64,000 nucleotides of DNA from an uncultured Gammaproteobacteria bacterium (GTDB taxonomy: Bacteria > Pseudomonadota > Gammaproteobacteria > GCA-001735895): NCBI GenBank assembly GCA_964196225.1, contig CAXMSP010000016.1, positions 15,036-79,035 on the forward strand. Reading direction: 5' to 3'. The notes under the pieces were generated by a model, which did not search any database, had not been told where the DNA came from, and was given only the letters and a program-made list of their open reading frames with translations. Below are positions 17,594 to 27,209 of this stretch, piece by piece (the first letter of the stretch is position 1; every line of letters begins with the position of its first letter). The position numbers and the translations under genes were made by a program.

Positions 17594-19522
17594 TTACCTG
17601 ATTACCAAAACCTTGTCGTTATTAGTCAGAGCCCAGGCATTGAAAATATCGTCAGCATTTGCATTTTCCGGATCAAATATATCCGGTAGATCATCGAGGA
17701 ATCCATCGAAAGCTTCGTCAATAAAGGTATGCTCGGAAGCAAGCGTCAACACGGCAATTTTATCATTGGCAATACCACCGGCATTATTGACCGTCAGGCA
17801 ATTCGGGGGTACGCAGGCCGCGGCAACACCGGGTTGAAAACTGGCGGCATAGGCCATTTGAACCGAGTCGTGCCAGTTATTGCCACTCAAACTAATGGGA
17901 GTCAGCGCCGGGTCCAGGGCCCATACCGGTAGTTCCGGATAATAGCGGACACCGAGTAAGTAATTGACATCGCCATCAGGAAGAGGGAGCGGATCCAGAC
18001 TGTTGAGGAAATGAGTATCGTGGCGGTAGATCACATCGATCGAATCGGCTAGCACTTCAGCGTATTCAAAGAAAATGTAGGCATGATCACCCACGGTTGG
18101 GGCCTGATAGGTCGGAACCACCCCAGCATTATCCGTATAGGGCCTGGTAAAGGGCACACCTGCCGCCAGGATGTTGGTATAGGTGACTCGCACCACCTGT
18201 GTTGCACATTGATTGGCAACGAGGGTACCGTCAGGGATACCGGAACAGAGGCCGCCGCCGAGATCGACCTGGTGACAGTCCTTCTCGTCGAAAGTGACCA
18301 GGGGCAGGCACTCCTGCCAGCCATCCGGAGCAAATTCCTCATCCCAATAATATCGCACAGGCGATACACCGGGCACGGCCGGGGTAATCGTCAGATCGCC
18401 ATTGTTTTCCAATGGGTGGTTGAAAACTATCGACGCACCGGCGCTAATCACATCTGGCAACAGGCCTGGCACCGCGAAACCGTTTACCGACAGGTTGATT
18501 AACAGCTTCAAATCCGACAGGATCGGCTGACTGGGTTGGCCCGATGGATCATTGTCGAAGTAGTTTGCAAAAATCGACGGCACGCGGCCGAGGCGGATTC
18601 CCACATCGGCATCAAAGACTTGCGGGGGGATGGGGAGCGTCGCATAGTCGTCCAACCAGGGGTACACATCTGTTCCGATATTAACCATATTAACATTATA
18701 GTCATTGACTGCCGTTTGGTAGGCTTGCAAGGCTGCCTGTTCGGCCACTGCAATCACTTCTTCGGTAGTCACCAGGATCACTTGGTCATTGACAATGATC
18801 GTGCCAGTCGCCAAATTATCGACCGGACCAAGTACGAATCCATCTACCGCATTCAAATTAGTGAAATCAGAATTATCCAACGCCCCGAACAAATCAAGAT
18901 AATTGGCGGGATTAAGTTGTTGTGGCCCAGTCAGGCGCAACTGCGCGACTCCGCCTCTGTCGATAGGCGGGCCAGGCGCAATAATAACCGCGGCCACGCC
19001 CGCAACCGAACCGTCGTATATTACCGATCCCGTCTGGTCATAAATCGTAATCGTACCGGGAGTGTCGGAATTGATTTCCTCCAGATCGGGATTGGCGAAA
19101 TTTTGCGAGACCGCGTACCAGAGCCGCTCATTGCTGGCATCTCTGACATCATAAAATTGCATGCCATTAGCGTTCCACGGGAAACGCCCGACAACAGCAT
19201 TGCCGGCAGCAATACAGTTAGCAATGGGATTGGGAGTACCCGCGCCTCCCGGGGCATCTCTATCGGGGCAGGGTAACCTGCCTGGTCCCCGAATCGTGCT
19301 GTTAAATGCCAATGCGGTTTCGGGATAGCGGTAGGCGTACATCAACAGCGCCTGCTTGGCTTCTTTTAAAACTTGCTGGTTATGTAAAAAACGCTCATGG
19401 TCCGCTGCTTTTTTGACACCCTGGGTGAAACCTGCAGTAACCGCACCGCCGATGCCCATCGCCAACAACACAAACATTATCAGCATATAGCCGGACTGAC
19501 TCTTGCAGAGACTTCGATTCAT
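17594..19522 (-). CDS. Large GspK/PilX-like filament-associated protein (non-canonical prepilin-like N-terminus)
   Basis: 642 aa. The N-terminus KSQSG/YMLIMFVLLAMGIGGAV is pilin-like but lacks Glu5, as in GspK and PilX. It shares a GRLPCP...C loop motif with the adjacent pseudopilin. Confidence 0.55.
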   Translation of the reverse strand: MNRSLCKSQSGYMLIMFVLLAMGIGGAVTAGFTQGVKKAADHERFLHNQQVLKEAKQALLMYAYRYPETALAFNSTIRGPGRLPCPDRDAPGGAGTPNPIANCIAAGNAVVGRFPWNANGMQFYDVRDASNERLWYAVSQNFANPDLEEINSDTPGTITIYDQTGSVIYDGSVAGVAAVIIAPGPPIDRGGVAQLRLTGPQQLNPANYLDLFGALDNSDFTNLNAVDGFVLGPVDNLATGTIIVNDQVILVTTEEVIAVAEQAALQAYQTAVNDYNVNMVNIGTDVYPWLDDYATLPIPPQVFDADVGIRLGRVPSIFANYFDNDPSGQPSQPILSDLKLLINLSVNGFAVPGLLPDVISAGASIVFNHPLENNGDLTITPAVPGVSPVRYYWDEEFAPDGWQECLPLVTFDEKDCHQVDLGGGLCSGIPDGTLVANQCATQVVRVTYTNILAAGVPFTRPYTDNAGVVPTYQAPTVGDHAYIFFEYAEVLADSIDVIYRHDTHFLNSLDPLPLPDGDVNYLLGVRYYPELPVWALDPALTPISLSGNNWHDSVQMAYAASFQPGVAAACVPPNCLTVNNAGGIANDKIAVLTLASEHTFIDEAFDGFLDDLPDIFDPENANADDIFNAWALTNNDKVLVIR

Positions 19523-19524
19523 GC

Positions 19525-19995
19525 CTAATTTTGAACGGGCGCCATGTAAGTGACTTCTAGCATATCCCCGCTGGTCGCGTAGTATTGCTTGCCGTCTGGA
19601 GCGGTAATCCTGACTTTTATTTCATCGCCAACCATCACCTTGATTTTGCTGTTGTCCTCGAGTTGCTCCCCGTCTTCATAGGCCAGGGTATTTATCCAGA
19701 CGGTGTGCGGGCCATCTTTCGAAATCGTTATTCCGGAAATCCGGTATTGCTGGGTCACTTCCTCTTGAGCCTGCAGCGGTGTCGGTTGCGTCCCTTCATC
19801 GACTTGCGTCGGCCTCGTCTGCGTGCTTTCTTCAGACTTGTAACGATTCGAATTGATAATCTGACGTTCCTGGGGCGTGGTGAACAGCGTCGCAAATTCC
19901 GCCGGCTGCACCGGTTGGAATGAAACCGCTGCGCAGACTGTTATTGTTCCCCAGATAAACCGGGCTTTCAGTTTTTTCGGTTTACTTTGCATCAA
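19525..19995 (-). CDS. Small secreted protein, PilP/GspC/MshK-like position
   Basis: 156 aa with a signal sequence or N-terminal anchor, a low-complexity linker, and a beta-rich C-terminal domain of about 70 aa. The start overlaps the upstream gene. Confidence 0.45.
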   Translation of the reverse strand: MMQSKPKKLKARFIWGTITVCAAVSFQPVQPAEFATLFTTPQERQIINSNRYKSEESTQTRPTQVDEGTQPTPLQAQEEVTQQYRISGITISKDGPHTVWINTLAYEDGEQLEDNSKIKVMVGDEIKVRITAPDGKQYYATSGDMLEVTYMAPVQN

Positions 19996-20578
19996 TTGTC
20001 ATCCAGCGAAGTCTACATTGGGCTTGCAAGTTTGCCGATTTTGTATTTAGCGGTCCATCTGTATGTCCTTGTCGAAACAGCGAGCAACTGTCAACCGTAA
20101 ACAGATTTTTAATCGATTGCCGCAGGCCTTCCAGTAGTGCAAATAAATCTTCTTCATGCAGCAGGCCGAGAGTCAAGTCCATCGTTGAACTCCTGACCGA
20201 TACCCCAGACCTTTCGACGAAGCCGGGTCGCAGGAACCCTCCCTGGGGTTCGAGACTATAAGCCAATCTAGGCAACCTGAGCACCTGGTTAGTTGTCTCC
20301 AGGCTTTCGATCCAGCTCAAACGGTGCTCCTTACCGACCAATCCGGACTTCTTGTAACCGTTATAAAGAGTTCGATACTGTTCAATCAAAGTGAGATCAT
20401 TGACAAGTTTGCGATAACCGGTGTGCGTAGAGCGCAGCGCAGACAGTGCCCGTTGGTACTTTACCTCCTGGGCTTGTTCATACTCGAGGCCTACTAACGT
20501 GAGCCCAGCGGCGATAAAAATTGCAACACCGAAAATAATCAACGGGCGCCTCAAGTAGTTCCAGTCGACGTTAATCAT
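19982..20578 (-). CDS. Bitopic inner-membrane protein, GspM/PilO-like
   Basis: 198 aa with a short cytoplasmic N-terminus, one TM (LIIFGVAIFIAAGLTLVGL), a coiled coil and a periplasmic domain. ATGA overlap with the upstream gene. Confidence 0.5.
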   Translation of the reverse strand: MINVDWNYLRRPLIIFGVAIFIAAGLTLVGLEYEQAQEVKYQRALSALRSTHTGYRKLVNDLTLIEQYRTLYNGYKKSGLVGKEHRLSWIESLETTNQVLRLPRLAYSLEPQGGFLRPGFVERSGVSVRSSTMDLTLGLLHEEDLFALLEGLRQSIKNLFTVDSCSLFRQGHTDGPLNTKSANLQAQCRLRWMTIDAK

Positions 20579-22173
20579 TCCATTATTACCTCGCGGACCA
20601 GTCGAAAACCAACCTCGGCCCTCAAAAGCCTCGTGCCCCGGCCAACGCTTACATCCCCTCTTAACTGGTTGTCAGATTCGATATCGAGCGGTCGCTTGGT
20701 GATTTCCACCGAGTAATAATTTCCCGAGTCGGACATCGCTTTTCCAAGGTCATCCACCGCGCTCAGCGCATAACGATAGTCACCATCAAAGCGGAGGAAC
20801 TCGCCTTCAACCATCGCTATTTCAAAAAACCCCTTTTTCGGCTCCACCTTCGGTTTATTATCTCTGGATTTTTTCCTGGCGCGCTTTTTTTGTGGATCGC
20901 CCCAGGTTACTTCCGCGGCAGCTTCGCTATCCGAAAAATCGGATACAAACCAGTCAATACTTTTAATGCGGATGTCGGGGAAAATACTCACGTCATTGCT
21001 GATTAACACAAACATCTCTTCCGGATCCACCAAGTATCTTTCTTTAATCCTATCGACTGATTTCACAACGTTTTGCATTTTCGAGGTCGAGGTCGAGGAG
21101 TCGATATGAGTCTCGCTGAGTTGGTTGAACTTTGACCTGTACTTTTGCTCCATCAACTGCGTCTGCGTAATCGTGCTGTCATATAACCAGCCCTTCACCG
21201 CACCGGACACCGCCATTCCGACACCGATCGTGATCAAGGCAAAACTTGCCACCTTGAGCGTAAGCCCGACTCTATGGTGCTGGAAATAGCGGCGTTCAGA
21301 TGGCCGGGCATAATGATTGAGCACCAGTTTCCTGCCGGCGAGGTAGCAGTAGAGTCCTGAACTGAAATCCTGTTCGCTCTCAACGTCGATTTTTTCGCGT
21401 TTTAGCAACTCGTTGATTTCATAAATCTTGAACTCGAAATAACTTTCCTGTTCACAGCGCATCGTTAATTTATCGAAATGTCGCTTGTTGGACAGGATAT
21501 TAACCGCGACAGTTTCCGAACGTTCAACGATACGTTGACTGATCAGATAACGTTGCGTTGATTCAATATCGCGTAACACATCAGAGGCGTAATCGCCCTG
21601 GTAAAAGCTCGCGATTGGAACCAGGCGACTCAGTACCAGCTTTCCTTCGACAAAGACCGACTGGCGCAGATTGCTGGGCACTTGCTGACTCACCAGGATA
21701 ACCACTCGGTGATCCGACTTTAGTTCCTTGATGTAGTTTTGGGATAGCAGAGGCAAACTGATTATGCCCGACAACGGTGTTCGTGTTTCATCGATCACTT
21801 TCAACCAGGGCTCGAGCAGATACTGGTTGGTAAGACCGATCAACAGCAACTTTTCTTCCTTGCGGGTTTTCTTCTCCACCGATTGCGATATCGCAAACTT
21901 GTATTCCGAGGTCCGGAAATACTTGGTAAAGTTACGATTCAGAATAGCCTGCCGATCGGAACCTCGCAGTAACGGCACACTTACCTGGCGGAACTCTTCC
22001 TCGATCAGGTCAACCAGCATGCGTACCGATTCATTTTTAAATGAACGCAGGTAGGCGCCGAACAGGTCCAAACCCTGCTCGTCGGGTTCGAAATAAACGC
22101 TGCTCATCAGAGAACGGCCGGACCATTCCTGTGCGACCATTCTGTAACCTGTGAAATATAGAATTCTTTTCAT
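20575..22173 (-). CDS. Bitopic assembly protein, GspL- or PilM-PilN-fusion (MshI)-like
   Basis: 532 aa with a cytoplasmic domain of about 300 aa and a single TM at about residues 303-326 (LTLKVASFALITIGVGMAVSGAV). The periplasmic domain carries a Lys-rich insert (KKRARKKSRDNKPKVEPKK). The gene follows the platform gene. Confidence 0.5.
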   Translation of the reverse strand: MKRILYFTGYRMVAQEWSGRSLMSSVYFEPDEQGLDLFGAYLRSFKNESVRMLVDLIEEEFRQVSVPLLRGSDRQAILNRNFTKYFRTSEYKFAISQSVEKKTRKEEKLLLIGLTNQYLLEPWLKVIDETRTPLSGIISLPLLSQNYIKELKSDHRVVILVSQQVPSNLRQSVFVEGKLVLSRLVPIASFYQGDYASDVLRDIESTQRYLISQRIVERSETVAVNILSNKRHFDKLTMRCEQESYFEFKIYEINELLKREKIDVESEQDFSSGLYCYLAGRKLVLNHYARPSERRYFQHHRVGLTLKVASFALITIGVGMAVSGAVKGWLYDSTITQTQLMEQKYRSKFNQLSETHIDSSTSTSKMQNVVKSVDRIKERYLVDPEEMFVLISNDVSIFPDIRIKSIDWFVSDFSDSEAAAEVTWGDPQKKRARKKSRDNKPKVEPKKGFFEIAMVEGEFLRFDGDYRYALSAVDDLGKAMSDSGNYYSVEITKRPLDIESDNQLRGDVSVGRGTRLLRAEVGFRLVREVIME

Positions 22174-22183
22174 AACCTATACA

Positions 22184-23389
22184 CTAAAAATCGACCGTGG
22201 CGATCATATCGTAAATCGGGCCAAGCACGGAAAGCGCAAGCCACAGAACAATGAGACCGATGGTCGCCATCAACGCGGTCTGCAGAACCGGCTCCATCTT
22301 CTCGATGCTGTCGTTAATGTCACGATCGAAAAAGTAACTCACATTGTTCAAGGATTTGTCCATTTGCCCACTAGCTTCGCCGACTCGCAGCATGCGCACG
22401 ACGAGTGGTGGAAAAATCCCGATGTTCTTGAATGCCTCGCTGATACTGCTACCCTCTGAAATCTGCTGCCAGGCACGTTCAATCCCGTCCTCGATGACGG
22501 CATTACTGACCACTTTCTTGCTCATGTCGATGGCATCCAGTACCGTGATCCCGGACGCAAACATTAGCGAAAAGTAACGCGTAAAGCGCGAGATTTTGAT
22601 TTTTTCATTGACCGGGCCGATTATAGGCAGTTTCAGTAATATTCCATCGAGCTTGAAATGCGCCTCTTCGTTCGAATCGTAAAAATACTTGAGGGTAAAA
22701 AAGATCACGAATGGCGCGGCGATGACAACGTACCAAAAATTGACCAGGAAATTCGACACCGCAATCAACATCCTGGTTTCAAACGGAATCTTGCCACCCA
22801 GTCCTACAATCGCATCCATGATGTCCGGCACCACGAAAATCATCAGGAACAGAATCACCGACATCACCAGGGTACCGATCACCGCGGGGTAGGTCATTAT
22901 CTTTTTAGCTTTTGAGAGTAACTCGTCCTGCCATTTCAGGGTTTCCGTGATGTCAACCAGCACTTCACTCATCTTGCCACTGCGCTCGCCGACGCGGATC
23001 AGGCTGACAAACACGTTATCAAATATTTTCGGATACAGCTCGAGTGCTTGTGAAAACGTGTTGCCACCCTCGATTGCCTCGATCACACCGGTAATTATAT
23101 CGCGAAAGGTCGGGTTTTCTTCTCCGTCGCGCAAATCTGTCAGGCCCTCGAGAATCGGCACTCCAGCACGAGTCAGTTGCTCCAGGTAAAACGAGAAGTT
23201 GATTAAATCCCTGCGCCCAATCTTATTGCGGCCAAACAGATCTGCGCCCGGGTCCTTTTGCTTGAAGGTGACCAGGTCCAAATCCATTTTTTCGAGGCGC
23301 ACCTCGAGATCATTACTATTACCCGCATCAAGGCTACCTGAAATGAATTTGCCTTCAGGATCGATAGCCTTGTATTTGAAGAGTGGCAT
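22184..23389 (-). CDS. GspF/PilC/MshG-family inner-membrane platform protein
   Basis: 401 aa with a duplicated T2SSF domain architecture (LEQLTRAGVPILEGL in the first half, FSLMFASGITVLDAI in the second) and three TM segments. Confidence 0.9.
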   Translation of the reverse strand: MPLFKYKAIDPEGKFISGSLDAGNSNDLEVRLEKMDLDLVTFKQKDPGADLFGRNKIGRRDLINFSFYLEQLTRAGVPILEGLTDLRDGEENPTFRDIITGVIEAIEGGNTFSQALELYPKIFDNVFVSLIRVGERSGKMSEVLVDITETLKWQDELLSKAKKIMTYPAVIGTLVMSVILFLMIFVVPDIMDAIVGLGGKIPFETRMLIAVSNFLVNFWYVVIAAPFVIFFTLKYFYDSNEEAHFKLDGILLKLPIIGPVNEKIKISRFTRYFSLMFASGITVLDAIDMSKKVVSNAVIEDGIERAWQQISEGSSISEAFKNIGIFPPLVVRMLRVGEASGQMDKSLNNVSYFFDRDINDSIEKMEPVLQTALMATIGLIVLWLALSVLGPIYDMIATVDF

Positions 23390-23391
23390 GC

Positions 23392-25098
23392 CTATTCCAT
23401 CCGCTCGGTCATGTCGGCGACCCGTGCGACCTCTTTAATCGAGGTGATACCCTCGATGATGTGACGAATCCCGTCATCAGCGAGGGTAAAGAATCCCTGC
23501 TTATAGGCTGCATCCCTGATTTCCTTGGTGGTTGCTCCATGCGCGAGCAGGTCGTCGAGATCCGAATTCATTTTCAGTATTTCGAGCAAAGCCATGCGCC
23601 CCTTGTAACCGGTATTATCACAGGTGGTACAACCCTTGGCGCGGTAAATCTTGGTTGGTATTTCTCCCCGATTATTGCTGAGCATCCGCAGCTCTTCCTC
23701 GCTCGGCGCGTGAGCTACCTTGCAGTACTTGCAAAGCTTGCGAATTAATCGCTGGGCGACAACGCCGATGATATTACCTGCCATGATTTCCGGGATGATA
23801 CCGATATCCCGAAGCCTCGGGAGTGCGCCAATAGCGGAATTGGTGTGCAGCGTCGAATAGACCTGGTGACCGGTCATGGCTGCGCGAAAAGCCATTTCTG
23901 CCGTTTGTTCGTCACGCACCTCACCCACGAGGATAACGTCCGGGTCCTGGCGCATCAGCGACTTGATGCCATTTGTAAAATCCATCCCGGCGGCCTCGTT
24001 AACCGAGGTTTGTCGAATCAACGGGAAAGGATATTCGACCGGGTCTTCCAGTGTCATGATATTAATCTGTTCGCTACTGAGGAAGTTCAACAACGAGTAA
24101 AGCGTTGTGGTTTTACCGCTACCGGTCGGACCGGTAACCAGGATGATACCCTCGGGACGCGCCATCATGATCTTGAGGGTGCGTAATGATTCCGCAGGCA
24201 GTTCGAGCTTTTCCAGTGGAATAACGCCTTTCTCACGGTCAAGCACCCTGAGCACTATATTTTCGCCGTGAATCGTCGGTTGCGAGGCAACACGAAAGTC
24301 TATCTGCCGGCCCACGATGGTACGCGAGATACGACCATCCTGCGGTGAACGGGTTTCGGCAATGTTCATGTCTGCCATAACCTTGAGACGCACCGCAATC
24401 GCCGACCAGTAAGTCTTGTGCAGGCTCCGAATCTGGCGTAATACGCCATCGATACGGTAGCGAATACGCAGGAAGCTTTCTTCGGGTTCGAAGTGTAAAT
24501 CCGATGCACCGCGCTTGACCGCATCGGATAGCATGACATCCACCAGGCGCACCAGCGGCTGGCTATACTCTTCGATATCACCCTGGTAGTTGGTATAATC
24601 CGCTTCACCGGTTTCAATTTCTCGCAGAATTCCATCGATCGACAGCTCGTAACCGTAGAACTGGTCGATCCCATTGGAAATTTCGGCTTCACCGGCGAGC
24701 ACCGGTATTAGTTCGATATGCTGACCTATCTGAATTCGAATTCGGTCCAGCGTAAACAGGTTGAAGGTGTCCGACATCGCAATCGTCAGGGTGCTACGGA
24801 TCGGATCGTAGTTAAGCGGAATAATTTTGTGCTTACGCGCTGTATCCGAATTGATCATTTTGATCGCATCCGGGTCAGGCACCACGCGCGACAGGTCAAC
24901 GCTTTCCTGCTCCAGCGCCTCTCCGAGCGCCGAACGCATAATGGCTTCAGTGGCAAAGCCAAGATTGACCAGCAACTTACCCAGTGGCTCGTGAACCTTC
25001 TTCTGTTCGGTTAAGGCGATGTTCAACTGATCTTCGGTGATAACACCTTCATCGATCAAGATCTCGCCCAACCGCTTGGGCTTGTTTTCTGCGTTCAT
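23392..25098 (-). CDS. GspE/PilB/MshE-family assembly ATPase with an N-terminal MshEN-type domain
   Basis: It has Walker A GPTGSGKTTT, an Asp box, Walker B ILVGEVRD, a His box and the tetracysteine CKYC...CTTC. The N-terminus RLGEILIDEGVITEDQLNIALTEQ fits the MshEN motif. Confidence 0.93.
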   Translation of the reverse strand: MNAENKPKRLGEILIDEGVITEDQLNIALTEQKKVHEPLGKLLVNLGFATEAIMRSALGEALEQESVDLSRVVPDPDAIKMINSDTARKHKIIPLNYDPIRSTLTIAMSDTFNLFTLDRIRIQIGQHIELIPVLAGEAEISNGIDQFYGYELSIDGILREIETGEADYTNYQGDIEEYSQPLVRLVDVMLSDAVKRGASDLHFEPEESFLRIRYRIDGVLRQIRSLHKTYWSAIAVRLKVMADMNIAETRSPQDGRISRTIVGRQIDFRVASQPTIHGENIVLRVLDREKGVIPLEKLELPAESLRTLKIMMARPEGIILVTGPTGSGKTTTLYSLLNFLSSEQINIMTLEDPVEYPFPLIRQTSVNEAAGMDFTNGIKSLMRQDPDVILVGEVRDEQTAEMAFRAAMTGHQVYSTLHTNSAIGALPRLRDIGIIPEIMAGNIIGVVAQRLIRKLCKYCKVAHAPSEEELRMLSNNRGEIPTKIYRAKGCTTCDNTGYKGRMALLEILKMNSDLDDLLAHGATTKEIRDAAYKQGFFTLADDGIRHIIEGITSIKEVARVADMTERME

Positions 25099-27200
25099 TT
25101 CTTTGCTAGCAACTCCAGTCGCTGATCCACGACGTCCCTGCTGAACGTCGCGAGTCCATTCTCAAAATTTTCAAGCGCCCGCTGGTAATAAGAAATGGCA
25201 CTTCCGGGCTGGGAGATATGCTCCAGGCTGATGGCCAGATTATAGGCATAGTTCGGATCTTGTGGATTATTCTGTAACGCCCTGAAGTAATATCCCTGCG
25301 CTTCCTGCCAGCGATTTTGCGCACCATACACGTTTGCCAACGCGAAATTCAAATAAGGGGAACTGGGTTCATCACGAATCATCAGTTTCAATTGCGACTC
25401 GGAATCCCGGAGAGAATAATTTGCAACCGCTATTAACGAGGCCATGGCTAGCGAATCCTTGGGATTAGCCAGCAATATTGCCTGGTAATCCTTAATCGCT
25501 GCTGCGCCATCACCATTTTGAGCATTGATTGCGGCTCGCGCCAGCAGCGCATTGCGGTTACCTGGATCTTCCTCGAGTACCTGGTTGTAACGAGTCATTG
25601 CCAGTTCATCGTTGCCAGATTTATAGGCATCATAGGCTTCACGCAACCAGATATCTTTTTGCCCGACCCGGCTAGTCGATATAATTTGTAGATTTGTTGA
25701 GCTGCTTTCTGGCTCTTGCGCGGAATCCTCGGACTGAACCACGATTGCGACCTCGGTGCTTCCAGTTTGCGCAGTATTTGCCGGTGCAGCACCCGCTGTC
25801 ATACCAGCCGGTTCAGGTTCAACTGTTGTGATTTCGGGCTCTACTTCGACAGCAGCAAGCTCAACTTCTGACGATTCGATAACAACTTCACCCTCGGAAG
25901 TCTCGCTACCGGCGCTTTCGATTATACCGATCGTGCGTTGATCTACCCCGGTCTCAGCCTGGACAATACTCTGGTCCTGGCCGCCCTTCCTGATTAACCC
26001 GGGCATCGGATCACGCTTTAGAGGACGCAAACTGGTGTCGATATTATTCGACTCATTCTGAAACTCGAAAGCGCCTAAAATGCTGATTGCGAGAATTATT
26101 ACAACAGCAGTTCCGGCATAAATTTTGTAGCTCCCCATGCGTTGCGCTGAAGACTTGCTACGAAAAACCTTCTTCGCGTAGTCTGGCGTCATCACGGCAT
26201 CGGAATCATTTTTCATGCCAGCGAATAACTTCGACGCATCTTCACTCGGAACTCTCATCAAGGTGCGATCGTAGTTATCCGGGGCATAGGTATATGTCCC
26301 CGTGGAATCTGTGCGCGTGACAGTGGATTGGGTATCGACATTAGTACCGGTGGCGCTGGTTTGCGTTTCCGATGAGGCCTCGGTCGCTTCGCCTGGAAGA
26401 TTGTGTCGCGTCGTGTCAATCAGCGCGAGCTCGTCACTTTCGGCGTCGTCACTCTTTATGGTATCCGTCCGATCCTGTGGCGATTGAGGATCGGTCAGGG
26501 AAGTACGCACGGTAAAATCTGTATTATCATGCTCAACCAGTAATAACGACATGTCTTCTTGCGACTCAGTCTGGTCAAGTTCGGTACTACTGATGGTGGG
26601 CTCTGAATCTTCTGGCTGGATATTTGTCCGGTGCTGAGTTTGATCGAACTCGGTTTCGTCAGCACCACTCTCAAGCTGGGTGGAATCCACGCGAGTCTGA
26701 AGTGAAGTTGAATCGAACTCGGTTTCGTCTCCCGAAGGGTGTTCATCGCCTGGCTCGATATGAGTCTGAACTTCAGTCTGATCATCACGAGGCTCGTCTT
26801 GCGACTGACGGTTGACCAGCTCCGGTTCACCCATAAAATCTGAACCGTCTTCCTCGGCAAAAACGATGGTTTCATCTTCACCGGTTTGCATCTGCGTGCT
26901 TAAATCAGTGTGCTGCGTCTCGGTTGGGTCAGGGATTTCAATATTGGTTTCATCGGCACCACGTTCGAGCTGAGTATCCTCAAGTTGGGTCTGCAGCACG
27001 GAATCGTCTATTTGAGTCTCATCCTCTAGTTCACGCTGGGAACTTTGTAGAACCTGATCTGCATCTTCCAGCTCGGAAATATCTTCCACTGCCGAGACCA
27101 CTACGGTCTCGTCAGACGTTTCCGCTTCCGGAATATCTTCCCTGCTCTTTTCCGCCTTTTGCTCTGCGGCTTTCTTGAGCGCGTCTAGCAGTAAACTCAT
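25095..27200 (-). CDS. GspB/MshN-like protein: conserved N-terminal peptide, long acidic region, one TM, periplasmic TPR repeats
   Basis: It starts MSLLLDALKKAAEQKAE (compare the GspB/MshN N-terminal box). About 330 aa are rich in D, E, T and Q, with internal repeats (VLQTQLEDTQLERGADETNIE and SLQTRVDSTQLESGADETEFD). It has a TM (YAGTAVVIILAISILGAF) and C-terminal TPRs (AYDAYKSGN.., NRWQEAQGYYFRALQNNP..). Confidence 0.7.
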   Translation of the reverse strand: MSLLLDALKKAAEQKAEKSREDIPEAETSDETVVVSAVEDISELEDADQVLQSSQRELEDETQIDDSVLQTQLEDTQLERGADETNIEIPDPTETQHTDLSTQMQTGEDETIVFAEEDGSDFMGEPELVNRQSQDEPRDDQTEVQTHIEPGDEHPSGDETEFDSTSLQTRVDSTQLESGADETEFDQTQHRTNIQPEDSEPTISSTELDQTESQEDMSLLLVEHDNTDFTVRTSLTDPQSPQDRTDTIKSDDAESDELALIDTTRHNLPGEATEASSETQTSATGTNVDTQSTVTRTDSTGTYTYAPDNYDRTLMRVPSEDASKLFAGMKNDSDAVMTPDYAKKVFRSKSSAQRMGSYKIYAGTAVVIILAISILGAFEFQNESNNIDTSLRPLKRDPMPGLIRKGGQDQSIVQAETGVDQRTIGIIESAGSETSEGEVVIESSEVELAAVEVEPEITTVEPEPAGMTAGAAPANTAQTGSTEVAIVVQSEDSAQEPESSSTNLQIISTSRVGQKDIWLREAYDAYKSGNDELAMTRYNQVLEEDPGNRNALLARAAINAQNGDGAAAIKDYQAILLANPKDSLAMASLIAVANYSLRDSESQLKLMIRDEPSSPYLNFALANVYGAQNRWQEAQGYYFRALQNNPQDPNYAYNLAISLEHISQPGSAISYYQRALENFENGLATFSRDVVDQRLELLAKK

Positions 27201-27209
27201 CAGCTATCT

